Below are positions 1-8,233 of a DNA stretch of 42,820 bases, in pieces. The stretch spans positions 1 to 42,820 of the forward strand of contig CAILAD010000001.1 of the NCBI GenBank assembly GCA_903832035.1, given 5' to 3'. The DNA comes from an uncultured bacterium. Lineage in GTDB: Bacteria > Patescibacteriota > Saccharimonadia > CAILAD01 > BJGX01. The position numbers and the translations under genes were made by a program. How positions within the stretch are numbered: position 1 is the first letter of the stretch; every line of letters starts with the position of its first letter. The notes beneath the pieces are model-generated. The model was given only the letters and a program-made list of their open reading frames with translations, did not search any database and was not told where the DNA came from.

Positions 1-6
1 GGAGAG

Positions 7-1311
7 ATGACAGGTAGGAATAAGAAGTCAAAGAAATCAAAATCTTCAGATAGCTTCAAAAAGCAACATATTAGTTTTGACGGTGATAACCCAGAAGAAG
101 ATAACCCTCAAAATGAGCCATTAAATACCCCGAAAAATTTAAATAGAGGACCCAAGATCCCAAACTACCTAGGCCTTAATAAGAAAATTGGCGTAGCTAT
201 AGCCGTTGTAGTAGGCTTAATTCTATTGGTACTGGCCTATTCATTCCTCCCAACCTCTAAGGTTACTTTGCTCACTAAGGCCCAGAAGACTCCCATAAAC
301 GTTAAATTTCAGCTAGATTCAACAACACGCAATTCAAGTTATACCCAGGGGATTATTGCTGCTAATAAGCTTAGTATGTCAAAAGATTTAAGTGCACAAT
401 ACACGGCCACAGGTAAAAAAGACATAGGTACAAAGTCTAATGGAAGTGTGACAATTGATAATTGTGACGATACCTCATCACATTCCTTACCTGCAGGAAG
501 TAAACTTACGGCATCAGGCAAAACATTTATTACTAATAATACAGTTACTATCCCTGCTGGTACCGCGGGAGGTGGAGTGGTTATATGCCCTAGTCTTAGT
601 CATGTTGTCGTTGGTATTACTGCCTTAGAATCGGGAGATAGTTATAATTTACCCTCTACAATCTTCAGCCTGAGCGGATTTTCTAGTCACTATAGGGTTG
701 TGGGTTCGACTGGTGGCGGAACTAGTCAGGTTGTGACCGTTGTCACTCAAGCAGACATCGATAAAGCAAAAAATGAGATGATCGATACTGCTAGCCAAAA
801 TGCCAAGCAAGATGTTGAGTCTAAGGCCAGTAATGATGAGAAAGTATTTCCAGAAACATTCTCATCAGAAGTAGCTAGTGTTAATACTACATCAGCTGTA
901 GACAGTCAAAGTTCGGGCGGTACAGTTAGTGCCAAAGTTAGTTACACTGAACTTTCTGCTACCAATTCTGACTTAGATAAATTATTTTCAGAACAAATAA
1001 AAACTCAGATACCTGGAAATGATCAGATTTATCAGAGCGGATACACAGACTCTAAGTATGCTGCTAAAGCAGATTCACCCACACAGGCCAGCGTTCAGGC
1101 AGTAGGTTTTGCATACTACGGCCAATCTATAGATACTTCACAGGTGGCAAGGGCCCTTAGTGGTAAGACAAAGAAAGATGCGACTAGCATAGTTTCAGCT
1201 AAGTACCCACAAGTAACAGAGGCACTGGTCGATAACAGTCTGCCTCTTGCACCAAATCTTCCATTCATAGCGAGCAGAATAAAGGTAGAAATAAAGGTAA
1301 ACACAGATTGA
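7..1311 (+). CDS. hypothetical membrane-anchored Ser/Thr-rich extracytoplasmic protein (function unknown)
   Basis: 434-aa ORF with GGAGAG at 1-6. Lys-rich N-terminus, one hydrophobic helix (IGVAIAVVVGLILLVLAYSFL), then a long S/T/G-rich domain. Its stop overlaps the TTG start of the next gene (TTGA). Confidence 0.65.
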   Translation: MTGRNKKSKKSKSSDSFKKQHISFDGDNPEEDNPQNEPLNTPKNLNRGPKIPNYLGLNKKIGVAIAVVVGLILLVLAYSFLPTSKVTLLTKAQKTPINVKFQLDSTTRNSSYTQGIIAANKLSMSKDLSAQYTATGKKDIGTKSNGSVTIDNCDDTSSHSLPAGSKLTASGKTFITNNTVTIPAGTAGGGVVICPSLSHVVVGITALESGDSYNLPSTIFSLSGFSSHYRVVGSTGGGTSQVVTVVTQADIDKAKNEMIDTASQNAKQDVESKASNDEKVFPETFSSEVASVNTTSAVDSQSSGGTVSAKVSYTELSATNSDLDKLFSEQIKTQIPGNDQIYQSGYTDSKYAAKADSPTQASVQAVGFAYYGQSIDTSQVARALSGKTKKDATSIVSAKYPQVTEALVDNSLPLAPNLPFIASRIKVEIKVNTD

Positions 1312-1697
1312 AAAAATGTATATTATCTTTCGATTATGGTGAGTCACGCATCGGAGTTGCAATCTATGAAGACGGAGAGACAAAACCACTCCAAACGATT
1401 CAGTCTAGTGAATTATGGCCTACAATTACAGAGCTCATATTGGACTATAAGCCTGATGAACTTGTGGTAGGTAGACCCAGAAACATGAACGGCGACCCAA
1501 CTCGACAGACAGATTTGGCAAAAGCTTTTGCAGATAGCCTAGCCCAAGTCACTCAACTGCCGGTCTCACTGCAAGATGAGGCGCTTAGCTCAGAAAGAGC
1601 ACTAGACAGGATAGGTAAAAAAACTACAATTAAAGAAAGAAAAAGAATAATAGATCAAATCGCTGCGCAAATAATATTAGAGGACTATCTCTCATGA
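1308..1697 (+). CDS. ruvX: YqgF/RuvX-type putative pre-16S rRNA nuclease (Holliday junction resolvase-like)
   Basis: 129 aa. N-terminal ILSFDYGESRIGVAI matches the YqgF D-x-G-x-x-R-I-G-V-A signature. TTG start; ATGA overlap with the next gene. Confidence 0.85.
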   Translation: MKKCILSFDYGESRIGVAIYEDGETKPLQTIQSSELWPTITELILDYKPDELVVGRPRNMNGDPTRQTDLAKAFADSLAQVTQLPVSLQDEALSSERALDRIGKKTTIKERKRIIDQIAAQIILEDYLS

Positions 1698-2785
1698 GAC
1701 CTACAGAAGATACCACTAAATCTGAAAATGAAGACCCAAAGTTAGTTTCAGATCAGAAAGAGGAGGTCGTACCAATAAAACCAATTAAAAATTCTCATAC
1801 ACTAAAAATATTTTTTATATTGTTTGGCCTAATTATATTGATGGTTATTTCTGCTCTTGGATGGTTTTTTATACAACTTACATCGGTTCGAGACAACGTG
1901 TCCGTAAATGGGGAAATTATTATAATTGATCAAGGTAATGGAATATCAAGTATCGCGGATAAGCTGAAGCAGAAGAGTCTAATTTCAGACAAGAATGTTT
2001 TTATTATTTACGCCAAGTTTGGACCAGCCCACGGTAAGTTACAGCCAGGACCATACTTAATAAAGCCAACTAGCTCTATCTTACAGATTGTTTCAGATAT
2101 GTCTTCAGGTAAGATTGCTGTCAATAAAATAACTTTTCCTGAAGGAATTACTATTAAAGAAATGGCAAAGAGATGGGCTAATTCGGGCTATGGTACCCAA
2201 GAAGAATTTATCGCATCAGCACGTAGGATTTCGAATGACTACCCATTTGTTCCCTCAATAAGTAAAGACAACCCGGAGGGCTATTTATTCCCAGCAACCT
2301 ACACATTTAATGCAGGTGGCTCAGTCGACACTGTAATTAAGAAGCAGTTCGAGGCCTTCAATCTTTACGCCCTACCCTTACTTCAAGGAAATAGACCGGC
2401 TGGATTATCCCAAAACCAGGTCCTGGCACTAGCCTCTATAGTTGAAAAAGAAGCACTAACTGACGTAGACAGAAAAATGGTCGCTGGGGTATTTGTAAAT
2501 AGAATTAATCTAGGTATGAAACTAGAAAGTGATGTTACGGTTAATTACGCCACCGGTAAGACACAGACTTCTGCGTTTGATATTTCTGTAGTATCGCCAT
2601 ATAACACATACAGTGTCGTAGGGTTGCCCCCTACACCTATAAACAATCCAGGTACAAGTTCAATCTCGGCCGTAATGAATTACACAAAATCAGATAATAT
2701 ATTTTTCCTTGCGGGCAATGATGGAGTTATATATTATGCAACAAATCTTCAAAAACACAACGAAAATATAAAAAACCACCTATAA
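1694..2785 (+). CDS. mltG: endolytic murein transglycosylase MltG (YceG family)
   Basis: 363 aa. N-terminal TM helix followed by a YceG-like domain. Conserved block LESDVTVNYA ... SPYNTYSVVGLPPTPINNPG. Confidence 0.9.
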   Translation: MRPTEDTTKSENEDPKLVSDQKEEVVPIKPIKNSHTLKIFFILFGLIILMVISALGWFFIQLTSVRDNVSVNGEIIIIDQGNGISSIADKLKQKSLISDKNVFIIYAKFGPAHGKLQPGPYLIKPTSSILQIVSDMSSGKIAVNKITFPEGITIKEMAKRWANSGYGTQEEFIASARRISNDYPFVPSISKDNPEGYLFPATYTFNAGGSVDTVIKKQFEAFNLYALPLLQGNRPAGLSQNQVLALASIVEKEALTDVDRKMVAGVFVNRINLGMKLESDVTVNYATGKTQTSAFDISVVSPYNTYSVVGLPPTPINNPGTSSISAVMNYTKSDNIFFLAGNDGVIYYATNLQKHNENIKNHL

Positions 2786-2824
2786 ACTATCATTTTTTAC
2801 CTTCACCAAAGCATAAAATAGCTA

Positions 2825-2853
2825 TTGCAGGCATTGATCTAGCGTGGTAGTAT
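2825..2853 (+). promoter_or_regulatory. candidate sigma70-type promoter (TTGCAG-17-TAGTAT with TG extension)
   Basis: TTGCAG 2825-2830, 17-nt spacer, TG 2845-2846, TAGTAT 2848-2853. Predicted TSS near 2860. Confidence 0.35.
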
Positions 2854-2859
2854 ATGAGA

Positions 2860-3074
2860 CGTACTCTTTCAAGGATAAGCAGTGTTTACTACCTGCATGA
2901 TTAAGGTTTGTGAGCTTATCCCTGCAAGTGTTCCTGTGACAACTTATCAGATTAGGGAATAATAATAATAACCTTAGGTCGAACTTCCTTGTCTCACAGT
3001 GTGAGAGCCAGATAAGCCACAGATGTTTCTCTATCATCGATAGAGAAAGGGAGAAATGTATTAGTAAAAAGATA
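2860..3074 (+). promoter_or_regulatory. long structured 5' leader (candidate cis-regulatory RNA) of the LysM/CHAP hydrolase gene
   Basis: Stems GGATAAGC 2873-2880 / GCTTATCC 2914-2921 and CTTATC 2943-2948 / GATAAG 3011-3016. Palindrome TCTCACAGTGTGAGA 2992-3006. Perfect 10-bp hairpin 3026-3035 / 3039-3048 abutting the SD-like AAGGGAG 3047-3053. Mini-ORF ATG TAT TAG at 3056-3064. Confidence 0.3.
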
Positions 3075-4238
3075 ATGGGCTTGCCCCTTCAAGTGCGTAG
3101 TGAAAAGTTCACTAGCGTGGGTCAACCAGAAACTTTTACCAAAACAAACAGATCTTCTGATAACACAGAAGTTTCCCGTACTCAAAGACAAATAGAATCT
3201 ATAAAATCAGCCACTAGGAAAAAAATAGGCAAGAACAGTGGTGTGAGCAGATTTATGCTACACGCAGGTTTTATTGCAATTATCGTTGTGGCAGTTAGTG
3301 CTGGCAGAGTAAATTCACAATCCAGTCTAATTTCTACCAATTCAAATAATACAGCTAGCGACAAGTCTTCACTTATAACTACTGGCGCTGTATTGGCTGA
3401 AGGCTCATCTTCTATGATTTCCTCAGATCTTAGCCAAAAAGCCAAAGATATAAGCTCTCAGAGCAACCTTACTACGTCTGGGGACGATTTCTTGTCTAAA
3501 AAGCAGCCAGTAACAGCTGCAGGTGCCCCGAGCCGTGACATCCTTACTTACGTAGTGAAGGACGGCGACACTATTAGCTCATTATCATCTAAGTTTAATA
3601 TTACTACCGATACAATCAAGTGGGCTAACAATATAGTCGATGAGAATAACCTAAAACCAGGAGCTCAACTAGTTATACTACCGGTATCTGGAGTTCTTTA
3701 TACCGGAACAGGTAATGACGACCTCAATAACTTGGCTTCAACCTATCAGGCAAACCCCTCCATTATAGATAGCTTTAATATGTTGGATGGTAAGTCTCCT
3801 GCTAGTGGGCAGAAGATAGTTATCCCTGATGGTGTTAAACCTGCTGCTGCTCCAGTGTCTGCGGTAACTCAGTTAGCAGCAACAGGCAGTAATCAAAAAT
3901 CAGGTCCAGCCATCTCATACAGCCTTAGGTCTTCAAATGGCAATACCTATGCATATGGTTACTGTACCTGGTATGTGGCCAATCGAAGGTACGTTCCAGG
4001 AATGCTTGGCAATGCTAATCAATGGCCATACAATGCCCCAAGGGCCGGAATGAGTGTAGGTAGCACCCCAGTTGCCGGCGCAGCAGGCGTAGTCCGTTGG
4101 GGAAACCACGTAGTTTATATTGAAAGTGTTAGTGGCGATGGCAGAACAGTGTACTATACAGAAATGAATGGTCCTGCAGGTTGGGGTAGAGTAAATACAG
4201 GAAGCGCCCCAGCTAGCAACTTTACCTATGTTTATTAA
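3075..4238 (+). CDS. secreted/membrane-anchored peptidoglycan hydrolase with LysM repeats and a C-terminal CHAP domain
   Basis: 387 aa with a TM helix (FIAIIVVAVSAG). LysM-like YVVKDGDTISSLSSKFNITTDTIKWAN...LVILP plus a second degenerate LysM. CHAP-like C-terminus (GYCTWYVANRR ... GNHVVYIESV). The start is uncertain: ATG 3075 has no SD, and an in-frame ATT lies at 3060. Confidence 0.85.
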   Translation: MGLPLQVRSEKFTSVGQPETFTKTNRSSDNTEVSRTQRQIESIKSATRKKIGKNSGVSRFMLHAGFIAIIVVAVSAGRVNSQSSLISTNSNNTASDKSSLITTGAVLAEGSSSMISSDLSQKAKDISSQSNLTTSGDDFLSKKQPVTAAGAPSRDILTYVVKDGDTISSLSSKFNITTDTIKWANNIVDENNLKPGAQLVILPVSGVLYTGTGNDDLNNLASTYQANPSIIDSFNMLDGKSPASGQKIVIPDGVKPAAAPVSAVTQLAATGSNQKSGPAISYSLRSSNGNTYAYGYCTWYVANRRYVPGMLGNANQWPYNAPRAGMSVGSTPVAGAAGVVRWGNHVVYIESVSGDGRTVYYTEMNGPAGWGRVNTGSAPASNFTYVY

Positions 4239-4240
4239 CA

Positions 4241-4276
4241 AATAGTGGTAACTTTCAAAAGTTACCACTATTTTAT
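4241..4276 (+). terminator. rho-independent terminator
   Basis: 12-bp perfect stem AATAGTGGTAAC 4241-4252 / GTTACCACTATT 4261-4272, running into a T-rich tract. Confidence 0.75.
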
Positions 4277-4292
4277 TGCCCCCATTATTTAA

Positions 4293-4321
4293 TTGAAATT
4301 TATGTATAAATATGTTATATT
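4293..4321 (+). promoter_or_regulatory. sigma70-type promoter of obg (predicts a leaderless mRNA)
   Basis: TTGAAA 4293-4298, 17-nt spacer with TG 4313-4314, TATATT 4316-4321. ATG 4328 lies 6 nt after the -10 box and has no SD. Confidence 0.55.
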
Positions 4322-4327
4322 AGGGTC

Positions 4328-5590
4328 ATGTTTACAGATATAGCAATTATAAAAGCCCAGGCCGGTAAGGGCGGCGATGGGTTAGTAAGCTTTCACAGAA
4401 CACGTGGTAACGCCAAGGGAGGTCCGGATGGTGGTGATGGCGGAAAAGGTGGAAGCATTATAGTACGAGCAAGCCATAATACTAGTACCCTATCAAGGTA
4501 CAGGAGTAGTAAGGTTTTTGGTGCTGAGAATGGACAACAAGGCAGTGGAAACAACCGACATGGCAAGAATGGCCTAGATGTAACCTTGTTCGTACCACCA
4601 GGTACTATCGTCAAGGAAGGTACCGAAGAAATTGCAGATTTAGTCTATGATGGTCAAGAGGCTATCGTCTGCAGTGGTGGAGATGGTGGTTTCGGTAATG
4701 CCCACTTCAAGAGCTCTATTAGGCAATCTCCAAATATGGCAGAACTAGGTGAACTAGGCGAAGCCAAAGATCTGACACTAGAATTAAAACTTGTTGCCGA
4801 TGTAGGGCTGGTTGGACTTCCAAATGCAGGTAAAAGTACGCTATTAAGCATGGTCAGCGCAGCAAAGCCTGAAATCGCAAACTATGAGTTCACTACTCTA
4901 GTGCCAAATCTCGGAGTTGTTGATGTCGACGACAAAAGTTTCCTACTCGCCGATATTCCTGGGCTAATTGAAGGAGCAAGTCAAGGCAAGGGCTTGGGTA
5001 TGGAGTTCTTACGCCACATTGAGAGATGTAAAATAATAATTCATCTGGTAGATGTAAACTCTCCTGACATCGTGAAAGACTATGAAACGATTCGTTCAGA
5101 ACTAAGAAATTATGATGTTGATTTAAGTTCTATCCCATTTATCATCGCGATCACTAAAACTGAGACTGTTCCAGAAGATGTGGTTAAAAAAGCAGTTACA
5201 ACGCTCACTAAACACACTAAAATAAGTTCGAAACTAGTACACTCGATATCTGCTGTAAGGGAAATGGGCCTAATCAGTCTGATGAGAGAAGCAAATAGTT
5301 TACTGCAGGAACTAGAAAAGAAAGTTTCTAAAGTGGAGGAGACTGAAGAAATTCCAGTAATTGGACTTAACGAGAATCTTGGGTGGAGTGTCGATAAAGA
5401 TGAAGAGAAGTATTTTGTAAGAGGGGAAGAGGTAGAACGTTTTGCTAGGAGAACCAATTATTCACAAAGTGATGGCTTGCGCAGACTAAAGCATATTCTT
5501 AAAAAGAAGGGTGTTTACAAGGAGCTCAGAAGGATTGGCGCGGAAGAAGGAGATACTATATCAATCGCATCAAAAGACTTTAAGTGGTAA
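4328..5590 (+). CDS. obg: GTPase Obg/CgtA
   Basis: 420 aa. Gly-rich Obg fold (AGKGGDGLVSFHR...GGDGGKGGSI), G domain (GLPNAGKST, DIPGLIEGA) and a C-terminal OCT/DUF1967-like domain. Confidence 0.95.
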   Translation: MFTDIAIIKAQAGKGGDGLVSFHRTRGNAKGGPDGGDGGKGGSIIVRASHNTSTLSRYRSSKVFGAENGQQGSGNNRHGKNGLDVTLFVPPGTIVKEGTEEIADLVYDGQEAIVCSGGDGGFGNAHFKSSIRQSPNMAELGELGEAKDLTLELKLVADVGLVGLPNAGKSTLLSMVSAAKPEIANYEFTTLVPNLGVVDVDDKSFLLADIPGLIEGASQGKGLGMEFLRHIERCKIIIHLVDVNSPDIVKDYETIRSELRNYDVDLSSIPFIIAITKTETVPEDVVKKAVTTLTKHTKISSKLVHSISAVREMGLISLMREANSLLQELEKKVSKVEETEEIPVIGLNENLGWSVDKDEEKYFVRGEEVERFARRTNYSQSDGLRRLKHILKKKGVYKELRRIGAEEGDTISIASKDFKW

Positions 5591-5592
5591 GT

Positions 5593-6153
5593 ATGATTAG
5601 TATAAAAGTTGATAATATAACTTTAGAGTGCGAGACTAAGCCTGATCTCTTCTCACCGAAGGGCTTGGATTCAGGTAGTCGGCTTTTACTAGATAATGTC
5701 TTAAAGTCTACCAATAATTACGAAAGCGTTATTGACTGGGGTTCTGGATGGGGTGCAATTGGCCTAGTATTGGCCAAAAATAAACCCTCCTCAAGAGTAC
5801 TTGCGATAGATTCCGACATTGCCGCCGTAGCTTGTACCCAAAGTAATATAGAGCTTAATAATCTAGATAATATTAGGGTAGTAGCGAGTCATGGCTATGA
5901 CCAAATAGAAGATGATACCAGGTTTGACTTGGTGGTCTCAAATCCACCCACACATAGAGGCAGGGAGGTTGTTGAGAGATTTATCTCCGAGAGTTACGAG
6001 AGACTCACAATTGAAGGCAATATGTTTGTTGTGGTTGAGTCAAGACTCAAACCATGGGTTTTTAGGAAGATGAAAGAAGTATTCTCAGAATGTAGGATAG
6101 TAGACAGGGGATCAAAGCATGTAGTCCTGTCATCCACAAAGATGGTACAATAG
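5593..6153 (+). CDS. class I SAM-dependent methyltransferase, RsmC/MTS-domain-like (probable rRNA m2G methyltransferase)
   Basis: Motifs VIDWGSGWGAIGL (SAM motif I) and VVSNPPTHRG (NPPxH). An alternative GTG start at 5584 overlaps obg. Confidence 0.8.
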   Translation: MISIKVDNITLECETKPDLFSPKGLDSGSRLLLDNVLKSTNNYESVIDWGSGWGAIGLVLAKNKPSSRVLAIDSDIAAVACTQSNIELNNLDNIRVVASHGYDQIEDDTRFDLVVSNPPTHRGREVVERFISESYERLTIEGNMFVVVESRLKPWVFRKMKEVFSECRIVDRGSKHVVLSSTKMVQ

Positions 6154-6158
6154 AGCTA

Positions 6159-6362
6159 ATGGAAAAGCACCAAACTCATCATGATCATGCCAGTGAATAT
6201 TTTAAAAAAGAAATTAATCAAGAAGATATTTCTAAGTCTGCACACTACACCTTTAGAGACGGATTTAGGCTTGGTTTTGGTGTATTTGTAGGGCTTTTAC
6301 TTGGTAGCGTAATCATGATCATTATTGTCTACGCTTTAAACTATGTATTCCACGCCCTATAG
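6159..6362 (+). CDS. small His-rich single-pass membrane protein (hypothetical)
   Basis: 67 aa. N-terminal HQTHHDH, C-terminal TM helix (GFGVFVGLLLGSVIMIIIVYAL). Confidence 0.45.
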   Translation: MEKHQTHHDHASEYFKKEINQEDISKSAHYTFRDGFRLGFGVFVGLLLGSVIMIIIVYALNYVFHAL

Positions 6363-6363
6363 A

Positions 6364-6392
6364 TTGAAATAGGGTGTTTTTTAAGGTATAAT
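6364..6392 (+). promoter_or_regulatory. sigma70-type promoter for tRNA-Ala
   Basis: TTGAAA 6364-6369, 17-nt spacer, TATAAT 6387-6392. The tRNA 5' end is at 6407. Confidence 0.6.
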
Positions 6393-6406
6393 TGTCATTG
6401 ATTTTC

Positions 6407-6482
6407 GGGGCATTGGCGCAGTTGGTAGCGCGCATCCATGGCATGGATGAGGTCATCGGTTCGAACCCGATATGCTCCACCA
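6407..6482 (+). tRNA. tRNA-Ala (anticodon GGC), CCA encoded
   Basis: Hand-folded 76-nt cloverleaf. Acceptor GGGGCAU/AUGCUCC with the G3:U70 alanine identity pair; anticodon loop AUGGCAU; T-loop GGUUCGAACC; 3' ACCA. Confidence 0.95.
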
Positions 6483-6504
6483 GAAATTATAAAAAAAGGA
6501 AATT

Positions 6505-6942
6505 ATGGAAACTGTAAAAAATGTGACATCAAAGGCTGCAAAGCAAGCTCAAGAACAGGCCCACAGACACGCGAATGGCTTCTTGGAGTTTGTTCGTGAA
6601 CAAGGGGTTATTACACTAGCAGTAGGATTTATATTAGCCGCAGCAGTAACCAAGACTGTTAATTCTCTTGTCACAGACATAATTAACCCCCTCATGGGTG
6701 TGATGCTAGGCAAGGTTAATCTCTCGAGTGCGACATGGCAGGTGGGCGGGTCAACATTAGCCTGGGGTAATTTTGTCAGCTCGTTAATTGATTTTATGGT
6801 TATCGCCATAGTTGTATATGTAGGTTTCAAGGTTCTTAAACTTGATAGGTTAGACATAGATAAAAAGAAACGTGAGAAAGAAACAGAAGAGGCTTTAAAA
6901 TCAGAAGATAAGTCGTCTAAGTCGACTAAAAAAAGTAAATAA
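6505..6942 (+). CDS. mscL: large-conductance mechanosensitive channel MscL
   Basis: 145 aa. GFLEFVREQGVITLAVGFILAAA...IINPLMG matches the MscL N-terminal/TM1 signature. Second TM and a charged C-terminal tail. Confidence 0.9.
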   Translation: METVKNVTSKAAKQAQEQAHRHANGFLEFVREQGVITLAVGFILAAAVTKTVNSLVTDIINPLMGVMLGKVNLSSATWQVGGSTLAWGNFVSSLIDFMVIAIVVYVGFKVLKLDRLDIDKKKREKETEEALKSEDKSSKSTKKSK

Positions 6943-6947
6943 TTAAA

Positions 6948-8222
6948 ATGAGGAAAATAGCTAAGAGCTTAATATTCTCACGGTTGAACTCAAAGCTAAA
7001 GAAGCTCTTAGCAACTAAAGACATAACCATTATTGGTGTAACTGGTAGTGTCGGTAAAACGTCTACAAAATTTGCCATTGGCGAGGTCCTCAGCTCTACA
7101 AGAAAAGTTAGATACTCAACTGTAACCACAAATACTGATATAGAAGTAATGCTGAGTTTTTTCGGGATTAATACCCCGGTCAGGGGTTGGAGCGCATTAT
7201 CATGGAAGAAAGTGTTCTCTGACATAGATAATGAATTAGAAAATTATAGATTTGATACTGTAATAATTGAGTTTGCTGATGATAAACTCTCAAGCATGAG
7301 AAAAATACTTAAGACTGTCAAGCTCGACTATGGCGTGATATCTGGAATTGCACCAGTTCATATGGCTAAGATGTATGACATGCGCTCCATTGTTTACGCT
7401 AATTGGGCGATTGTATCTGGCGCAAATAAAATTATATTCAACTCTGATATTACTGCCCTAAGAAAGAAAGCTTACAAGGATAGGACGACAGGTTTTGGAT
7501 TACATCACGGAGATATTAGATTTAATAAAATATCTAGAAACAGATCTGGCTACTTGAAGGCAGAGCTTAGTATGGGCAGAAACAAGAAAATGGTACAAAC
7601 CAGAGTAATAGGTGAACAAAATTTGTATAGTCTTCTTGCCGCTGCAGCTATTGCGGGAGATATGGATATTCCATTTTCGGCGATTTGTTTTGAGTTAGAA
7701 AATATCAAATCTCTACCAGGCAGAATGAATCTACTCAAAGGTGTAAATGGGTCTAAATTAATAGATGACAGCTATGATTCCAGTCCAACTACAGTGATGT
7801 CTGGCCTAGATACTCTAAAAAAATTCCCAGGAAGAAAGATTGCTGTAATTGGAAGTATGGACGGGCTAGGTTCCGAACGCAGCAGCTTGCACCAAGAAGT
7901 GGGCGAGCACTGCTTCGGTATTATTGATGTGCTTGTTACTGTTGGTACTTTGGCTGAAGATTTTATAGCACCTTCAGCAGTTCGTGCAGGTATTAAAAAT
8001 GAGAATGTTAAGATGTTTAAGACTCCTTATGAAGCAGGTCATTATCTGAAAGGGATTATTAGAAAAAGTGATACAATATTGCTAGAGGGCGATAAGAATA
8101 TTTCATTTGTTGAAGAAGTTGCAAGAATTATTTTATCCCCAGAAATATCTTCTGAAACCAGCTTAATAAGGCAAGATAAGCAATGGAAGAGAAAGAAAAG
8201 AAATATTTTAAAATCCCTATAA
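6948..8222 (+). CDS. MurF-like Mur ligase (UDP-MurNAc-tripeptide--D-Ala-D-Ala ligase family) lacking the usual N-terminal domain
   Basis: 424 aa. P-loop GVTGSVGKTSTK begins near residue 30. Also ISGIAPVHMAKM, GEQNLYSLLAAAA, PGRMNLL...IDDSYDSSP (MurF-type DDSYNANP-like) and VIGSMDGLGSERSSLHQEVG. Confidence 0.8.
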   Translation: MRKIAKSLIFSRLNSKLKKLLATKDITIIGVTGSVGKTSTKFAIGEVLSSTRKVRYSTVTTNTDIEVMLSFFGINTPVRGWSALSWKKVFSDIDNELENYRFDTVIIEFADDKLSSMRKILKTVKLDYGVISGIAPVHMAKMYDMRSIVYANWAIVSGANKIIFNSDITALRKKAYKDRTTGFGLHHGDIRFNKISRNRSGYLKAELSMGRNKKMVQTRVIGEQNLYSLLAAAAIAGDMDIPFSAICFELENIKSLPGRMNLLKGVNGSKLIDDSYDSSPTTVMSGLDTLKKFPGRKIAVIGSMDGLGSERSSLHQEVGEHCFGIIDVLVTVGTLAEDFIAPSAVRAGIKNENVKMFKTPYEAGHYLKGIIRKSDTILLEGDKNISFVEEVARIILSPEISSETSLIRQDKQWKRKKRNILKSL

Positions 8223-8233
8223 AGGAATACCCT

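Noticed and set aside
2822-3037. 71-aa minus-strand ORF inside the structured gap
   Set aside because: Cys/His/Leu-rich odd composition and no RBS. It lies antisense to the predicted promoter and leader and looks like a chance ORF in AT-rich DNA.
2860-3074. Known riboswitch (ydaO/c-di-AMP) or SRP/6S-type RNA in the gap upstream of the hydrolase gene
   Set aside because: I could not find the conserved ydaO blocks (GGGGA...CCCA, GGUGAAUC, AGCUAACCUCGUAAGC-like) or the SRP domain IV GGAA-tetraloop motif on either strand. This is only a by-eye check, so the region is kept as an unclassified candidate, not a named family.
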